From positions 1 to 60,353 of the forward strand of contig JBBDYC010000009.1 of NCBI GenBank assembly GCA_040901985.1: a stretch of DNA of 60,353 bases. Reading direction: 5' to 3'. The stretch comes from Gemmatimonadaceae bacterium. GTDB lineage: Bacteria > Gemmatimonadota > Gemmatimonadetes > Gemmatimonadales > Gemmatimonadaceae. The notes beneath the pieces were generated by a model. It saw only the letters and a list, made by a program, of their open reading frames with translations, did no database searches and was not told the origin of the DNA. The position numbers and the translations under genes were made by a program. This document shows positions 9,821 to 20,440 of this stretch, piece by piece (position 1 is the stretch's first letter; each line of letters opens with the position of its first letter).

Positions 9821-10723
9821 TCAGGAGCGCCGAGTGACGATGAAACGGGCGAGCGACTCCAGGTCGGCGGTGAGGGCGCCCTGTGCCCGGAGCGCCTCGC
9901 ACGCGTCCTCGGCGAGCGCCCGGGCGCGCGCGGTGGCGCCGGCGACGCCGAGCAGCGCCGGATACGTGCTCTTCCGGACCTGGGCGTCCTTCCCGGCGGT
10001 CTTGCCGAGCTCGTCGGTGGTCGAGGTGACATCGAGCACGTCGTCGGCAATCTGGAAGGCCAGGCCGACGGCGGCGCCGTAGCGCGCGAAGGCGGCAAGG
10101 AGCGGCTCCGGCGCGCCGGCGGCGAGGCCGCCGATCCGCATTGACGCCTCGATCAGCGCACCGGTCTTGCGGCGATGGATCCGTTCGAGCTGGGCGAGGT
10201 CGAGCGTAAGCCCCTCGCCCTCGAGGTCGAGCAGTTGGCCGCCGATCATCCCCGTCGCGCCGGAGGCGCGCATCAGCGTGCGGACGATCTCCCCCTGCAC
10301 GGCGGCCGGGAGGCCGAGCTCGGCGGCGGCCTCGACCGCCGTGCGCGCGGCCAGTGGGACCATCGCCATCCCCGCCGCAGTCGCCGCCGGCACGCCAAAC
10401 ACCCGGTGCACCGTCGGCCGGCCGCGCCGGATATCGTCGTCATCCATGCACGGGAGGTCGTCGTGGACGAGCGAATAGGCGTGCACGACCTCGACCGCGG
10501 CCGCCAACAGGCTGACATCCTGCGTGCCGCCGGCCGCCCGGTACGCGGCCATCACGAGGATGGCCCGCAAGCGCTTGCCCTCGCCCTGCAGGCTGTAGCG
10601 AATGGCGTCGGCCACTGGGCTGGGCCGATCGCCGAGGAAACGCGCGGCGAGGGTCTCGAGCGCCCGCGCCACCGCGGCGCGGTCGGTCGAGAGATCGGCC
10701 GACGTGAGGTCGGCCACGCTCAC
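9821..10723 (-). CDS. ispA: Polyprenyl (farnesyl) diphosphate synthase
   Basis: GKRLR, HDDLPCMDDD, KTGALI, FQIADDVLD; follows xseB. Confidence 0.93.
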   Translation of the reverse strand: MSVADLTSADLSTDRAAVARALETLAARFLGDRPSPVADAIRYSLQGEGKRLRAILVMAAYRAAGGTQDVSLLAAAVEVVHAYSLVHDDLPCMDDDDIRRGRPTVHRVFGVPAATAAGMAMVPLAARTAVEAAAELGLPAAVQGEIVRTLMRASGATGMIGGQLLDLEGEGLTLDLAQLERIHRRKTGALIEASMRIGGLAAGAPEPLLAAFARYGAAVGLAFQIADDVLDVTSTTDELGKTAGKDAQVRKSTYPALLGVAGATARARALAEDACEALRAQGALTADLESLARFIVTRRS

Positions 10724-10923
10724 TCCTTGGCCTCGAAGACGCCGCCCGCCTGTTCGAGGAGCGTCTTCACCTTTCCCTCGGCGTCACTGAGCGCGGCCGT
10801 CGCCTCGCGGAGCCGCACGATCCCCTCCTCGAAGAGCGTGAGCGCCTGCTCGAGCGGAAGGTCGTCGCGGTCGAGGGCGGCGGCGATCTCCTCGAGGCGC
10901 GCCAGGGTCTGTTCGAATGTCAT
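10720..10923 (-). CDS. xseB: Exodeoxyribonuclease VII small subunit
   Basis: [25 protein letters not shown]. Confidence 0.93.
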   Translation of the reverse strand: MTFEQTLARLEEIAAALDRDDLPLEQALTLFEEGIVRLREATAALSDAEGKVKTLLEQAGGVFEAKE

Positions 10924-12200
10924 TTGAGCACGTCCCTCCGCAAATGCGGGGCGTCGGTGTGGACCGAGTCGGCGGTGGCCCGGACCCGGCCATCCTGCAA
11001 CAGGAGATCGAAGATCGTGCCCGGCGCAAAGGCGCCGCGCCTGCCGAGGGCGGCGCCGTCGAGCCCGCGGGCCACGGCAAAGCCGCGGCCGAGCACCGCA
11101 AGGGGCGAGAGCGCGTCAATGCGGCCGGCCCACTGCCGCAGCAGCGCGCGGCGGCGCTCGATCAACTGCGGCGCGCGCTGCACGAGCCGCGCGACGACCT
11201 GGTCGGCACGCGCGCGCCGGCGTTCGACGACCCGGCGGGCGCGCTGCGAGAGGGCCTCGGCGCGGCGCTGGAGTTCGCGCGCGCCGACCGCAATCCGGTC
11301 CTGCAGGCCGTCCGCCATCACGCCGCCGAGCTTGGCCACGAGCAGCCGCACGTCGTCGAGCACCGGCACCGCCGTCTCGGCGGCGACCGACGGCGTCGCC
11401 GCGCGCACGTCGGCCACGAGATCGGCGATCGTCACGTCGGTCTCGTGGCCGACCGCCGAGATCGTCGGCACCGGGCACGCGGCGATCGCCCGCGCCACCA
11501 GCTCGTGATTGAACGCCCAGAGGTCCTCGCGCGACCCGCCGCCGCGGCCGATGATCAGCACGTCCGGCGCCTCGGGCGCGGGGCCGGCCCACTCGGCCTC
11601 GCCGCGCACCCACCGGTCGAGGCGTGCAAGCGCGGCGCCCAGCGACTCCGGCGCGCCCTCGCCCTGCACCACTGCCGGGATCACCACGATGTGCACCCCG
11701 GGGTTCCGCCGCCGGAGCACCGACTTGATGTCCTGGAGCGCCGCGCCCTCGGTGCTCGTGATCACCGCCACCGTCCGCGGAAACCGCGGCAGCCGCCGCT
11801 TGCGCGCCGGGTCGAGCAGGCCGGCGCGCTCGAGCGCGGCCCGCGTCTCGTCAAACTGCTTCTTCCAGAGCCCCTCGCCCTCGGCCTCGATTGCCGTGAC
11901 CGTGAACTGCATCTGCCCCTTGGCCGCCCACACGCCCAGCTGGCCGAGGGCCACCACCTGCATCCCCTCCGTCGGCTTGGCCGGGATGCGAAACGTGCTG
12001 TTCTTCCAGACCGTACACTGGATCTGCGAGGTGGCGTCCTTGAGCGTGAAGTACCAGTGCCCGCTCGGATAGATCTTGAGGCCCGAGACCTCGCCCTTCA
12101 CCCACAGCTTGGGAAAGGCGCCCTCGAGCACCGCCTTCGCCTCGTTGGTGAGCTGGGCGACGGTGATGGCATCGGTGGCAACGGCGCCGGGGACCGTCAC
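10920..12200 (-). CDS. xseA: Exodeoxyribonuclease VII large subunit
   Basis: [43 protein letters not shown]. Confidence 0.96.
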   Translation of the reverse strand: MTVPGAVATDAITVAQLTNEAKAVLEGAFPKLWVKGEVSGLKIYPSGHWYFTLKDATSQIQCTVWKNSTFRIPAKPTEGMQVVALGQLGVWAAKGQMQFTVTAIEAEGEGLWKKQFDETRAALERAGLLDPARKRRLPRFPRTVAVITSTEGAALQDIKSVLRRRNPGVHIVVIPAVVQGEGAPESLGAALARLDRWVRGEAEWAGPAPEAPDVLIIGRGGGSREDLWAFNHELVARAIAACPVPTISAVGHETDVTIADLVADVRAATPSVAAETAVPVLDDVRLLVAKLGGVMADGLQDRIAVGARELQRRAEALSQRARRVVERRRARADQVVARLVQRAPQLIERRRALLRQWAGRIDALSPLAVLGRGFAVARGLDGAALGRRGAFAPGTIFDLLLQDGRVRATADSVHTDAPHLRRDVLK

Positions 12201-13096
12201 GCCGACGCCGCGCCCTCGAGCGTCAGCCGCGCCGCACGCACCGTGTTGGCGAGGAGCATCGCGATCGTCATCCGCCCCACCCCACCCGGTACCGGCGAAA
12301 TCTTCGACGCCACGCGGCTCACCTCGTCAAAGCGCACGTCACCGACGATGCGATACCCCTTCGGCACCGACGCGTCCTCCACGCGGTTGATCCCCACGTC
12401 AATCACGACCGCGCCCGGCTTCACCATGTCGGCGGTGACCATCTCCGGCTTGCCGATCGCCGCGATGAGGATGTCCGCGCGACGGGTGTGCGAGGCCAGG
12501 TCCTGCGTCCGCGAATGGCAGATCGTCACGGTGCAGTCGGCACCCTGCCCACTTTGGATCAGCAGCGCCGCCATTGGCTTGCCGACGATGTTGCTGCGCC
12601 CGAGAATGACCGCCTGCTTCCCGCGCGTCTCCACGCCCGCCTCGGCGAGCATCACCTGCACGCCGGCGGGGGTACAGGGCGCAAAGCCATCGGCATCGCC
12701 CGTGAAGAGCTTGCCGACATTCATTGGATGGAAGCCGTCCACATCCTTGGACGGCGCGAGCCGACGGATCACCTTTTGCGCGTCAATCTGTTTCGGCAAC
12801 GGCATCTGCACGAGGATGCCGTGCACCGCCGGGTCGGCATTCAGTCGGTCAATGAGGTCGAGCAACACCGTCTCGGAGGTGTCCGCGGGAAGACGGATGG
12901 ACTCGCCATTCATCCCGGCGGCCCGGCACGCCCGTTCCTTGCTCGCCACATAGACCGCGCTCGCCGGATCGTCGCCGACGAGCACGGCGGTCAATCCCGG
13001 GGTGACGCCCCGGGCCTTGAGCTCGGCGGCCTCGCGGGCCACCCGCTCGTGCACCCGGGCCGCGATGGCCACGCCATCAATGCGTTCAGCGGGCAA
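12197..13096 (-). CDS. folD: Methylenetetrahydrofolate dehydrogenase/cyclohydrolase
   Basis: [38 protein letters not shown] start inferred. Confidence 0.96.
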   Translation of the reverse strand: MPAERIDGVAIAARVHERVAREAAELKARGVTPGLTAVLVGDDPASAVYVASKERACRAAGMNGESIRLPADTSETVLLDLIDRLNADPAVHGILVQMPLPKQIDAQKVIRRLAPSKDVDGFHPMNVGKLFTGDADGFAPCTPAGVQVMLAEAGVETRGKQAVILGRSNIVGKPMAALLIQSGQGADCTVTICHSRTQDLASHTRRADILIAAIGKPEMVTADMVKPGAVVIDVGINRVEDASVPKGYRIVGDVRFDEVSRVASKISPVPGGVGRMTIAMLLANTVRAARLTLEGAASA

Positions 13097-14675
13097 TGTC
13101 GGAGGCCCTCTTTTCGCGGATCGCCACGACCTTGATCTGGCCCGGATACTGCAGCTCGGACTCGACCCGGCGCGCAATCTCCTCGGTGAGTGATTGCATG
13201 CGATTGTCGTCCACCGTGTCGGGGTTCACGATCACGCGCACCTCGCGGCCCGCCTGGATGGCGAAGACGCGGTCCACGCCCTTGTAGCTCGCGGCGATCG
13301 TCTCGAGCCCCTCGAGCCGCTTCACATAGGTCTCGAACGCCTCGCGCCGCGCGCCGGGGCGCGAGCCGGAGATCGCGTCGGCCGCCTGGACGAGCACCGA
13401 CACCTCGCTCTCGTGCGGCACGTCGTCGTGGTGCGCGGCAATGCAGTTCACCACCAGCGGGTGCTCGCCGTACTTGGTCGCCACCTCGACGCCGAGCTGG
13501 ACGTGCGTGCCCTCGTGGTCGTGCGTGAGCACCTTGCCGATGTCGTGGAGCAGCGCGCCGCGCTTGGCCATCGCCACGTCGAGCCCGAGTTCCGCCGCCA
13601 TGATCCCGGCGAGGAACGCGACCTCCTTTGAATGGCCGAGGATGTTCTGGCCATAGCTCGTCCGCCACTTCATCCGGCCGATCAGCTTGATGACTTCGGC
13701 GTGGAGGCCGTGGACGCCGACCTCGTAGGCCGCCTGCTCGCCCGTCTCGATGATCCCCGCCTCGACTTCCTTCTTCGACTTCTCGACGACCTCCTCGATC
13801 CGCCCCGGGTGGATGCGGCCGTCGGCGACGAGCTTCTCGAGCGCCAGCCGCGCCACCTCGCGGCGCACCGGGTCGAAGCACGACACCACGACGGTGTCCG
13901 GGGTGTCGTCAATGATGACGTCCACCCCGGTGGCGAGCTCGAACGCGCGGATGTTGCGACCCTCGCGGCCGATGATGCGGCCCTTCATATCGTCCTTCGG
14001 CAGCGCGACCGCGCTGGCGGTGATCTCCGCCGTGTGCTCGGCGGCGATCCGCTGCACCGCGAGCGCGACAATCTTCTTCGACTCGCGGTCGGCGTTGCGC
14101 TTGGCCGTCTCGCGGATCTCGCGGATCAGGTTGGCGGCGTCGGCCTGCGCCTCCTCCTCGAGGCGGCGGATCAGCTCGGCCTTGGCCTCGCTGGCCGAGA
14201 GCCCGGCCAGCTGCTCCAGCCGGCGGCGCTCCTCCGCCACCAGGCCATCGAGCTCGACCTGACGGTCCTCCAGCTGCTTCTCGCGGCGTCCGAACTCGCT
14301 GGCCCGACGGCTGAGCTCCTTGTCCTTGCCGTCCACCATCTCGAACTTCCGATCCACCTGCTGCTCGCGCTCGACCACGCGTTTCTCGTCCCGCTCGACC
14401 TCCTCGCGCCGCTTGCGGACCTCGAGCTCCCAGGCCTCGCGCACCTTCATCAACTCTTCCTTCCCGGACAGCAGCGCCTGCTTGCGGGCCGAGTCGGCGT
14501 CGCGCTCGGCTTCGCCGACGATGCGCTTGGCCAGTTGGTCGGCGGCCTCTCCGGCGGCCCGGCGCTCGGCGTTCTCGGTGGCCCGGCCGCTGCGCCGGCC
14601 AAAAACAAAAACGATCGGAAAGGCGGCCAAAAAGGCAACGCCGATCGCGATCGCGACATACCACGGGACGGTCAT
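13086..14675 (-). CDS. rny: Ribonuclease Y
   Basis: N-terminal TM, coiled coil, KH ([13 protein letters not shown]), HD (LLHDIGK), [12 protein letters not shown]. Confidence 0.97.
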   Translation of the reverse strand: MTVPWYVAIAIGVAFLAAFPIVFVFGRRSGRATENAERRAAGEAADQLAKRIVGEAERDADSARKQALLSGKEELMKVREAWELEVRKRREEVERDEKRVVEREQQVDRKFEMVDGKDKELSRRASEFGRREKQLEDRQVELDGLVAEERRRLEQLAGLSASEAKAELIRRLEEEAQADAANLIREIRETAKRNADRESKKIVALAVQRIAAEHTAEITASAVALPKDDMKGRIIGREGRNIRAFELATGVDVIIDDTPDTVVVSCFDPVRREVARLALEKLVADGRIHPGRIEEVVEKSKKEVEAGIIETGEQAAYEVGVHGLHAEVIKLIGRMKWRTSYGQNILGHSKEVAFLAGIMAAELGLDVAMAKRGALLHDIGKVLTHDHEGTHVQLGVEVATKYGEHPLVVNCIAAHHDDVPHESEVSVLVQAADAISGSRPGARREAFETYVKRLEGLETIAASYKGVDRVFAIQAGREVRVIVNPDTVDDNRMQSLTEEIARRVESELQYPGQIKVVAIREKRASDIAR

Positions 14676-14865
14676 AATGGCTCTCGTATGCTCAAGGCGG
14701 CCGACGGGCGCCGCGGACGGATTGTCAGGTACGCTCGGTCCGTCCGGTACCGGCTTCTCGCCAGCGGCTGACCATCCGATCGGGCGCCGACGAAGGGCGC
14801 GGGAGGGGACGGGCTAACTGCCGGGAGCGCTTGCACCTACGGGCCTTCGCACCAACTCACTTGGC

Positions 14866-14894
14866 AAGCTACGGGTGCGCCAGGCAAAAGGCAA
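14866..14894 (-). promoter_or_regulatory. Sigma70-like promoter for rny leader
   Basis: TTGCCT-17 nt-TAGCTT on minus strand. Confidence 0.5.
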
Positions 14895-14909
14895 CGCGCG
14901 GAGGGCGCC

Positions 14910-15197
14910 CTACCCCCGCTTGGCCGGCGGCAGCCACCGCCGGAGCTCGCTGGAGAGCCCCTTCATCCGCTCGGCCACCGCACCCATCCGCGCCCGCTCG
15001 GCGAAAAGCTCGTCGGTGATGCTCATCGCGGCGAGGATTGCCGCCTTGCCCGGGTCCGTGATCGCCGGGTTCTCGAGCACCTTCCGGATTGCCGCGTCCA
15101 CGTGCTCGGCGACCGCGCGCGTGTGCTCGGGCGGGGTCTCGGACCGGATCGTGTACTCCTCGCCGACGATCCGCACGCGCGTCGAATGCACGGTCAC
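14910..15197 (-). CDS. zapA: Cell division protein ZapA
   Basis: VRIVGEEYTIRS..AILAAMSITDELF; pheT-zapA-rny synteny. Confidence 0.88.
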   Translation of the reverse strand: MTVHSTRVRIVGEEYTIRSETPPEHTRAVAEHVDAAIRKVLENPAITDPGKAAILAAMSITDELFAERARMGAVAERMKGLSSELRRWLPPAKRG

Positions 15198-15508
15198 GTG
15201 TCTCCTCCGAGGACGTGTTGTTGCCGCAGGAACCGGACCCGGTCAATCATCGTGCGGGTGCGTTCCGAGGCCTGCGAGAGCCGCTCGCGCAGCCGCGCGT
15301 TCTCGTCCTGCAGCGCGGCCAGCCGCTCCTCGGCCGACGCATCGCCCGCCGGCGACGCGCCGAGTGCCTTCAACCGCGTCTCGGCGGCGTGGGCGCGCTT
15401 GCGGAACACCGAGAGTTCCTCGCCCAGGTTGCGGACGAGGAGCTCGAGCTCCCCAAAGGCGAGGCCGGCAGGCGTCTCAGGCGGTGCGGGGTCTGACACC
15501 GAGGTCAT
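15194..15508 (-). CDS. Small coiled-coil protein, ZapB-like
   Basis: Heptad pattern; position between pheT and zapA. Confidence 0.6.
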   Translation of the reverse strand: MTSVSDPAPPETPAGLAFGELELLVRNLGEELSVFRKRAHAAETRLKALGASPAGDASAEERLAALQDENARLRERLSQASERTRTMIDRVRFLRQQHVLGGDT

Positions 15509-17948
15509 TCTCCAGGGTCTTCAGGAGCTGGGAGCGGCGCCCCTCGATCTCCTTCTCGCGTAGAGTGCGCTCCGGATGCCGGAAGGTCAATCGCCAGGCC
15601 AGCGAGCGCATCCCCGCGGCGACGCCGGCGCCGCGGAACTCGTCGAACAGCACGCAGCGCTCGAGCGTCTCGCCGCCCGCCGCGCGCAACACCCGCTCGA
15701 CCTCGGCGGCGGGGAGCGATTCCGGGACGAGCAGCGCGAGGTCGAACTCGGCGGCCGGCGTGGTCGGGAGCGCCTGGAAACGCTCCGGATGCCGATCGGC
15801 CTCCACCTTCGGTGCCTCCGCACGGTCGGGCGCGTGCGTGCCGGGCGGCGCGACCGGCGCGTTGGGGATCACGCCGAGCGTGAGTTCCACGCCAAAGGCG
15901 GGGCTCGCCCAGACCGGCGCGTCGAGCACGATGCGCCTGACGCCACCGACGACCTTCCCGTTCGCCTCGATCTGCCAGAGCGCGCCTTCGGCGCCGCCAT
16001 ATGCCGAGCCGCCGGCGGCGCCCCCTGCCGGAACAAGCGAGATCATTGCGCCGGGCAGACCCGCCGCGGCCACCCGTGCGGCCAGCGCCTTGGCATCCCA
16101 CGCGTCGAACGCCGGCGGCTGCGGCTCCGTGAAGTGCGGCGGCCGCCGACGCCCCATCACCAGGAGTCCGGCGCGCACTTCCTCGCGCGGCAGACCACCC
16201 GCCTGCACCGCGAACACGTTTCCCACCTCGAAGAGCCGCACATCGCCCTGCATCCGGCTCAGGTTGTACTCGGCGCGCCGCGCCAGCGTGTCGAGAATGG
16301 ACGCGCGCAGGTACGGCTCGTCCTCGGCCAGCGGGTTGCGCACGCGCACCAGCGCCGCCGACCCGTCGCCGCCGGAGAACGGCAATGGCCGCACCTCGTG
16401 CAGCCCCGCCGCGACGAGTGCATCGCGCGCGCGGAGCGACGCGGTGAAGAGCGGGTGGTCCGGCACCGTCCCGGGTCGCGCGCCGTGCAACGCATCGCCG
16501 AGGCGGTCGAACCCGCGCAACCGCGCGACCTCCTCAATCAGGTCCACGTCGCGCGACACGTCGTGGCGCCACGACGGTGGCGTCACCCGGAGCGACTCGC
16601 CCTCCTCGACGACGGCAAAGCCGACCGAGCGGAGCAGCTTGACGACCTCGGCACCCGGCACCGTATCGCCCAGCAGCTGGGAGACGCGCGCCAGCCGGAG
16701 CGCCACCGCCTGGCGCGGCGGCGGCGGCGCGCCGACGGCAAGCACCGTCTCGACGTGGCCTCCGCTGACGTGCGCCAGGAGCGCCGCACAGACGGCAAGC
16801 GCCTCCAGCACCATCGCATCGTCTATCCCGCGTTCGAACCGATGGCTGGCGTCAGTCGGTAGGGCGAGCGCGCGCCGCGCCGCGCGCACGCGCTTCGGCG
16901 CGAACGTCGCCACCTCCAGCACGATCTCCGTCGTCGCCTCGGTCACCTCGCTCCCCCGGCCGCCCATCACGCCGGCAATGGCCGTGGCGCGCTCCCGGTC
17001 GGCAATCACCAGCACCTCCGGCGTCAGCGTGCGCGTCACGCCGTCGAGGGTGACGAGCGTCTCGCCGGCGCGGGCGCGCCGCACCACGATCCCCGCGCCG
17101 CCGAGCTTGGCGCGGTCAAACGCGTGCACCGGCTGACCGAATCCGTGGAGCACGTAGTTCGTCGCGTCCACCACGTTGTTGATGGACCGGCCGCCCACCG
17201 CCTCGATGCACGCCTTGAGCCACGGGGGACTCGGACAGACCGTCACGCCGGTGATCACCGCGGCGGCATAGCGCGGACACCCCTCGGCATCCTCGACGCG
17301 CACCGAGACTCCGCCTGCGCTCGCTTCGCTCGCGCCCTGGGCCGCGGGCGCCGGCACCTCGGGCAGGTCCGCCAGCTCCGAGGGCCCCTGCAGCGCCACG
17401 CCGGTCAGCGCCGAGAGCTCGCGCGCCACCCCGAGGTGCGAGAGCAGGTCGGGGCGGTTGGGCAACACGTCGAGGACGAGGCGCACATCCCCGAGCGGCA
17501 GCACCTGCAACAGCGGCGTGCCGGCCGCGGCGTCGGTCGTCAGCTCGAGGATCCCGTCGCGGTCCTCGCCCAGCCCGAGCTCAAGCGCCGAACAGAGCAT
17601 CCCGTTGGACGTGAAGCCGCGGATCTTCCGCTTCTCGATCGTCATCCCGCCCGGCATCACCGTCCCCGTGCGCGCGAAGGGGTACGCCGCGCCGACCACG
17701 ACATTCGGCGCGCCGCAGACCACCTCGAGCGGCGTACCGCTGCCGTCGTCCACCTTGTTGAACGAGAGCTTGGTGTCCGGGATCTTCTCGCTCTCCACCA
17801 CTCGGCCGACGACGAACGGCGCGAGATCGGCGCGGAGCGGTTCGCTCGCCTCGACCGTCGCGACGTGCGCGGTGAGGAGGTCGCGGATCGCCTCCGGCGT
17901 GCGGCCGTGCGGGACGAGCCGCGCCAGCCAGTCGTGCGAGAGGTTCAT
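15477..17948 (-). CDS. pheT: Phenylalanyl-tRNA synthetase beta subunit
   Basis: MNLSHDWL start at 17948, VVCGAPNV, PNRPDLLSHLG, INNVVDATNY, DLIEEVAR, anticodon-binding domain. Confidence 0.97.
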   Translation of the reverse strand: MNLSHDWLARLVPHGRTPEAIRDLLTAHVATVEASEPLRADLAPFVVGRVVESEKIPDTKLSFNKVDDGSGTPLEVVCGAPNVVVGAAYPFARTGTVMPGGMTIEKRKIRGFTSNGMLCSALELGLGEDRDGILELTTDAAAGTPLLQVLPLGDVRLVLDVLPNRPDLLSHLGVARELSALTGVALQGPSELADLPEVPAPAAQGASEASAGGVSVRVEDAEGCPRYAAAVITGVTVCPSPPWLKACIEAVGGRSINNVVDATNYVLHGFGQPVHAFDRAKLGGAGIVVRRARAGETLVTLDGVTRTLTPEVLVIADRERATAIAGVMGGRGSEVTEATTEIVLEVATFAPKRVRAARRALALPTDASHRFERGIDDAMVLEALAVCAALLAHVSGGHVETVLAVGAPPPPRQAVALRLARVSQLLGDTVPGAEVVKLLRSVGFAVVEEGESLRVTPPSWRHDVSRDVDLIEEVARLRGFDRLGDALHGARPGTVPDHPLFTASLRARDALVAAGLHEVRPLPFSGGDGSAALVRVRNPLAEDEPYLRASILDTLARRAEYNLSRMQGDVRLFEVGNVFAVQAGGLPREEVRAGLLVMGRRRPPHFTEPQPPAFDAWDAKALAARVAAAGLPGAMISLVPAGGAAGGSAYGGAEGALWQIEANGKVVGGVRRIVLDAPVWASPAFGVELTLGVIPNAPVAPPGTHAPDRAEAPKVEADRHPERFQALPTTPAAEFDLALLVPESLPAAEVERVLRAAGGETLERCVLFDEFRGAGVAAGMRSLAWRLTFRHPERTLREKEIEGRRSQLLKTLENDLGVRPRTA

Positions 17949-18979
17949 CGGCCGAACTGCTCGAGGAAGCGCACGTCGGAGTCGTAGAGGATGCGGATGT
18001 CGGGGATCCCGTACCGCGAGATCGCCGTGCGCGCCGGCCCCATCCCGAACGCCCACCCGGTGTACCGCTCGGCGTCGAGTCCCGCCGCCTCGAGCACCGA
18101 CGGGTGCACCATGCCGGCGCCGAGGATCTCGACCCACCCGGTCTGCTTGCAGACCGCGCAGCCGCTCCCGCCGCAGACGCCGCACGACACATCCATCTCC
18201 GCGCTCGGCTCGGTGAAGGGGAAGTACGACGGACGGAACCGCGTCCGCGTGGCGCTGCCGAAGTAGCGGCGCGCGAAATGGGAGAGCGTCGCCTTGAGGT
18301 CGGCGAAGGTGACCCCCTCGTCCACCACGAGCCCCTCGATCTGCGCGAACATCGGCGCGTGCGAGGGATCGAAGAAGTCGCGGCGATAGACGTTGCCCGG
18401 CGCGAGGATCCGCACCGGCGGCGGATACTGCTGCAGCGTGCGCACCTGCACCGGCGAGGTGTGCGTGCGGAGCACCTGGTCGTCGCCGAGGAAGAGCGTG
18501 TCGTGGAGGTCCATCGCCGGGTGGTCGGCCGGGAAGTTGAGCGCGCCGAAGTTGTACCAGGCGTGCTCGGCCTCCGGGCCGAGGGCCACCGCGAAGCCGA
18601 GTTCGCGGAAGATCGCGATGACTTCGTCGATGACGAGCGAGACCGGGTGGACCGTGCCCTGCCACTGGTCGCGCGCCGGCATCGTCAGGTCGAGCGCCGG
18701 GCCGCCCGTCGCGGCGGCCGAGGTGAGCGCCACACGCCGCGCCTCGAGCGCCGCCTCGAGGGCGACCTTCACCGCATTGGCGCGCTTCCCGGCGTCGCGC
18801 CGGTCCTCCTTGGCGAGCTTGCCGAGGCCGTCCATGATCTCGGTCAGCCGGCCCGACTGTCGCCCCACGAGCGCGTTGCGCGCGGCGGTCCACTCCTCGA
18901 GCGTCGTGGCGGCGGCGATGCGCTCGGGGCCGCTCGCGGTGAGCGCGTCCAGGTCGGCGAGGAAGGACTTGAGGGACAA
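17945..18979 (-). CDS. pheS: Phenylalanyl-tRNA synthetase alpha subunit
   Basis: HPAMDLHDT, LRTHTSPVQ, RFRPSYFPFTEPS, GWAFGMG; TTG start inferred. Confidence 0.96.
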   Translation of the reverse strand: MSLKSFLADLDALTASGPERIAAATTLEEWTAARNALVGRQSGRLTEIMDGLGKLAKEDRRDAGKRANAVKVALEAALEARRVALTSAAATGGPALDLTMPARDQWQGTVHPVSLVIDEVIAIFRELGFAVALGPEAEHAWYNFGALNFPADHPAMDLHDTLFLGDDQVLRTHTSPVQVRTLQQYPPPVRILAPGNVYRRDFFDPSHAPMFAQIEGLVVDEGVTFADLKATLSHFARRYFGSATRTRFRPSYFPFTEPSAEMDVSCGVCGGSGCAVCKQTGWVEILGAGMVHPSVLEAAGLDAERYTGWAFGMGPARTAISRYGIPDIRILYDSDVRFLEQFGR

Positions 18980-19108
18980 TGAACTGCAGGGATGAGGTGT
19001 GAGGTGGGCGGTGTAAGGTAACGGCAACGGCGTGTCCGGCGACAGACAAAGGCGGCGGGCCGCGGACAACTCCGCACCCCGCCGCCCTTTTACCTTCCAC
19101 CTTACACC

Positions 19109-19471
19109 TTACGCCTTCTTGAGCGCTCCCTGCGCCTTCTCGGCGAGGACGGTGAACGCCTCGGGATCCTTCACCGCCAGGTCGGCCATGATCTTGCGGT
19201 CCACCTCGATCCCGGCCGCCTGCACGCCGCTGATGAACGTGCTGTAGCTCATCCCGTTCAGCCGCGCGGCGGCGTTGATGCGGATGATCCAGAGTTTGCG
19301 GAAGTCGCGCTTCTTGGCCTTGCGGTCCCGGTACGCGTAGACCCACCCACGCTCCACGGTCTCCTTGGCCGCCTTCCACAGCTTCGACCGCCCGCCGAAG
19401 GCGCCCTTGGCCGCCTTCATCACCTGCTTCTTGCGCTTGAGGCGCACTACGTTCGACTTGACGCGTGGCAT
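19109..19471 (-). CDS. rplT: 50S ribosomal protein L20
   Basis: [29 protein letters not shown]. Confidence 0.98.
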   Translation of the reverse strand: MPRVKSNVVRLKRKKQVMKAAKGAFGGRSKLWKAAKETVERGWVYAYRDRKAKKRDFRKLWIIRINAAARLNGMSYSTFISGVQAAGIEVDRKIMADLAVKDPEAFTVLAEKAQGALKKA

Positions 19472-19482
19472 GGTCGGGCTCC

Positions 19483-19680
19483 TTAGGCCTGCAGCAGGCG
19501 CTTGAGATTCCGCGCCTCGCCGTTGGTCGCGACGGTCGTCGGGCGGCGCAGGTTGCGCTTCCGCTTCGACGTCTTCTTGGTCAGGATGTGGCTCTTGTAC
19601 GCCTTCAGGCGACGCACCTTGCCCGTCCCCGTGATGGAGAAGCGCTTCTTGGCGCCCTTGTGGGTCTTCATCTTCGGCAT
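19483..19680 (-). CDS. rpmI: 50S ribosomal protein L35
   Basis: [14 protein letters not shown]. Confidence 0.98.
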   Translation of the reverse strand: MPKMKTHKGAKKRFSITGTGKVRRLKAYKSHILTKKTSKRKRNLRRPTTVATNGEARNLKRLLQA

Positions 19681-19693
19681 CTGTCCGCCCTTC

Positions 19694-20215
19694 TCACTTC
19701 GGCGTGAGGATCATGGTGAGGGCCTTCCCTTCGAGCTTCGCGGCGGTCTCGATCTTCGCGATGTCCGCCAGCCCTTGAGCGACCCGTTCGACCACGGCCA
19801 CGCCGAGCTCAGGATGAGCGATCTGCCGGCCGCGGAACATCAGCGTCACCTTCACCTTGTTGCCGTCTTCGATGAACCCGCGCGCGCGGTTCGTCTTCGT
19901 GTCGAAGTCGTGCTTCTCGATGCCGGGACGGTATTTCACTTCCTTCAGCTGGATCACGTGCTGCTTCTTCTTCGCCTGCCGCGCCATCTTGGCCTGCTCG
20001 AACTTGTACTTCCCGAAGTCCATGATCCGGACCACCGGGGGCCGGGCCAACGGGGCCACCTCGACGAGGTCGAGTCCAGCTTCCACTGCGAGGTTCAGCG
20101 CGGCATCCACTTCCAGGACCCCCAACTGCGCTCCGTCGGCGCCGATCACCCGCACGGGACTGATGCGGATCTGCCGATTGATGCGGGGGCCTCGCGGCTT
20201 TGTGGTATCCTGGAT
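19694..20215 (-). CDS. infC: Translation initiation factor IF-3, non-canonical ATC start
   Basis: [45 protein letters not shown] 7 nt before ATC at 20215. Confidence 0.95.
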   Translation of the reverse strand: MQDTTKPRGPRINRQIRISPVRVIGADGAQLGVLEVDAALNLAVEAGLDLVEVAPLARPPVVRIMDFGKYKFEQAKMARQAKKKQHVIQLKEVKYRPGIEKHDFDTKTNRARGFIEDGNKVKVTLMFRGRQIAHPELGVAVVERVAQGLADIAKIETAAKLEGKALTMILTPK

Positions 20216-20239
20216 ACGACGGCTCCTGTCGAGGAAGGA

Positions 20240-20440
20240 AGAAAAAACGCGGACCCCGTTCGGAGCCCGCGTCAGACGCGACACCGCACGGGACACGCCC
20301 GCGCGGATCGGTTGCCTTGGACTCCTGCAGCACAACGCGCGGCACCAAACACCGCGCGAGGCCAGAGGGTGGGGTGAGCGCTCGCTCACCCGCTTGCTGG
20401 ATTGTCCGCTAAAGCTAGGCGCCCCGACCACTTGGGTCAA
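20240..20440 (-). promoter_or_regulatory. infC-rpmI-rplT promoter and attenuator-like leader
   Basis: TTGACC-17-TAGCTT (20440-20412); hairpin GCGGGCTCCGAACGGGGTCCGC followed by T-run just upstream of the RBS. Confidence 0.6.

Noticed and set aside
7884..10082. Long antisense or alternate-frame ORFs here and across the window (e.g. 14875-17136, 24986-26941, 34688-36982)
   Set aside because: Arg/Ala/Pro-rich shadow frames expected in high-GC DNA opposite well-supported genes
17949..19379. N-terminal extension giving a 1300-aa PheT
   Set aside because: Shadow frame over pheS and rplT; real start is MNLSHDW at 17948
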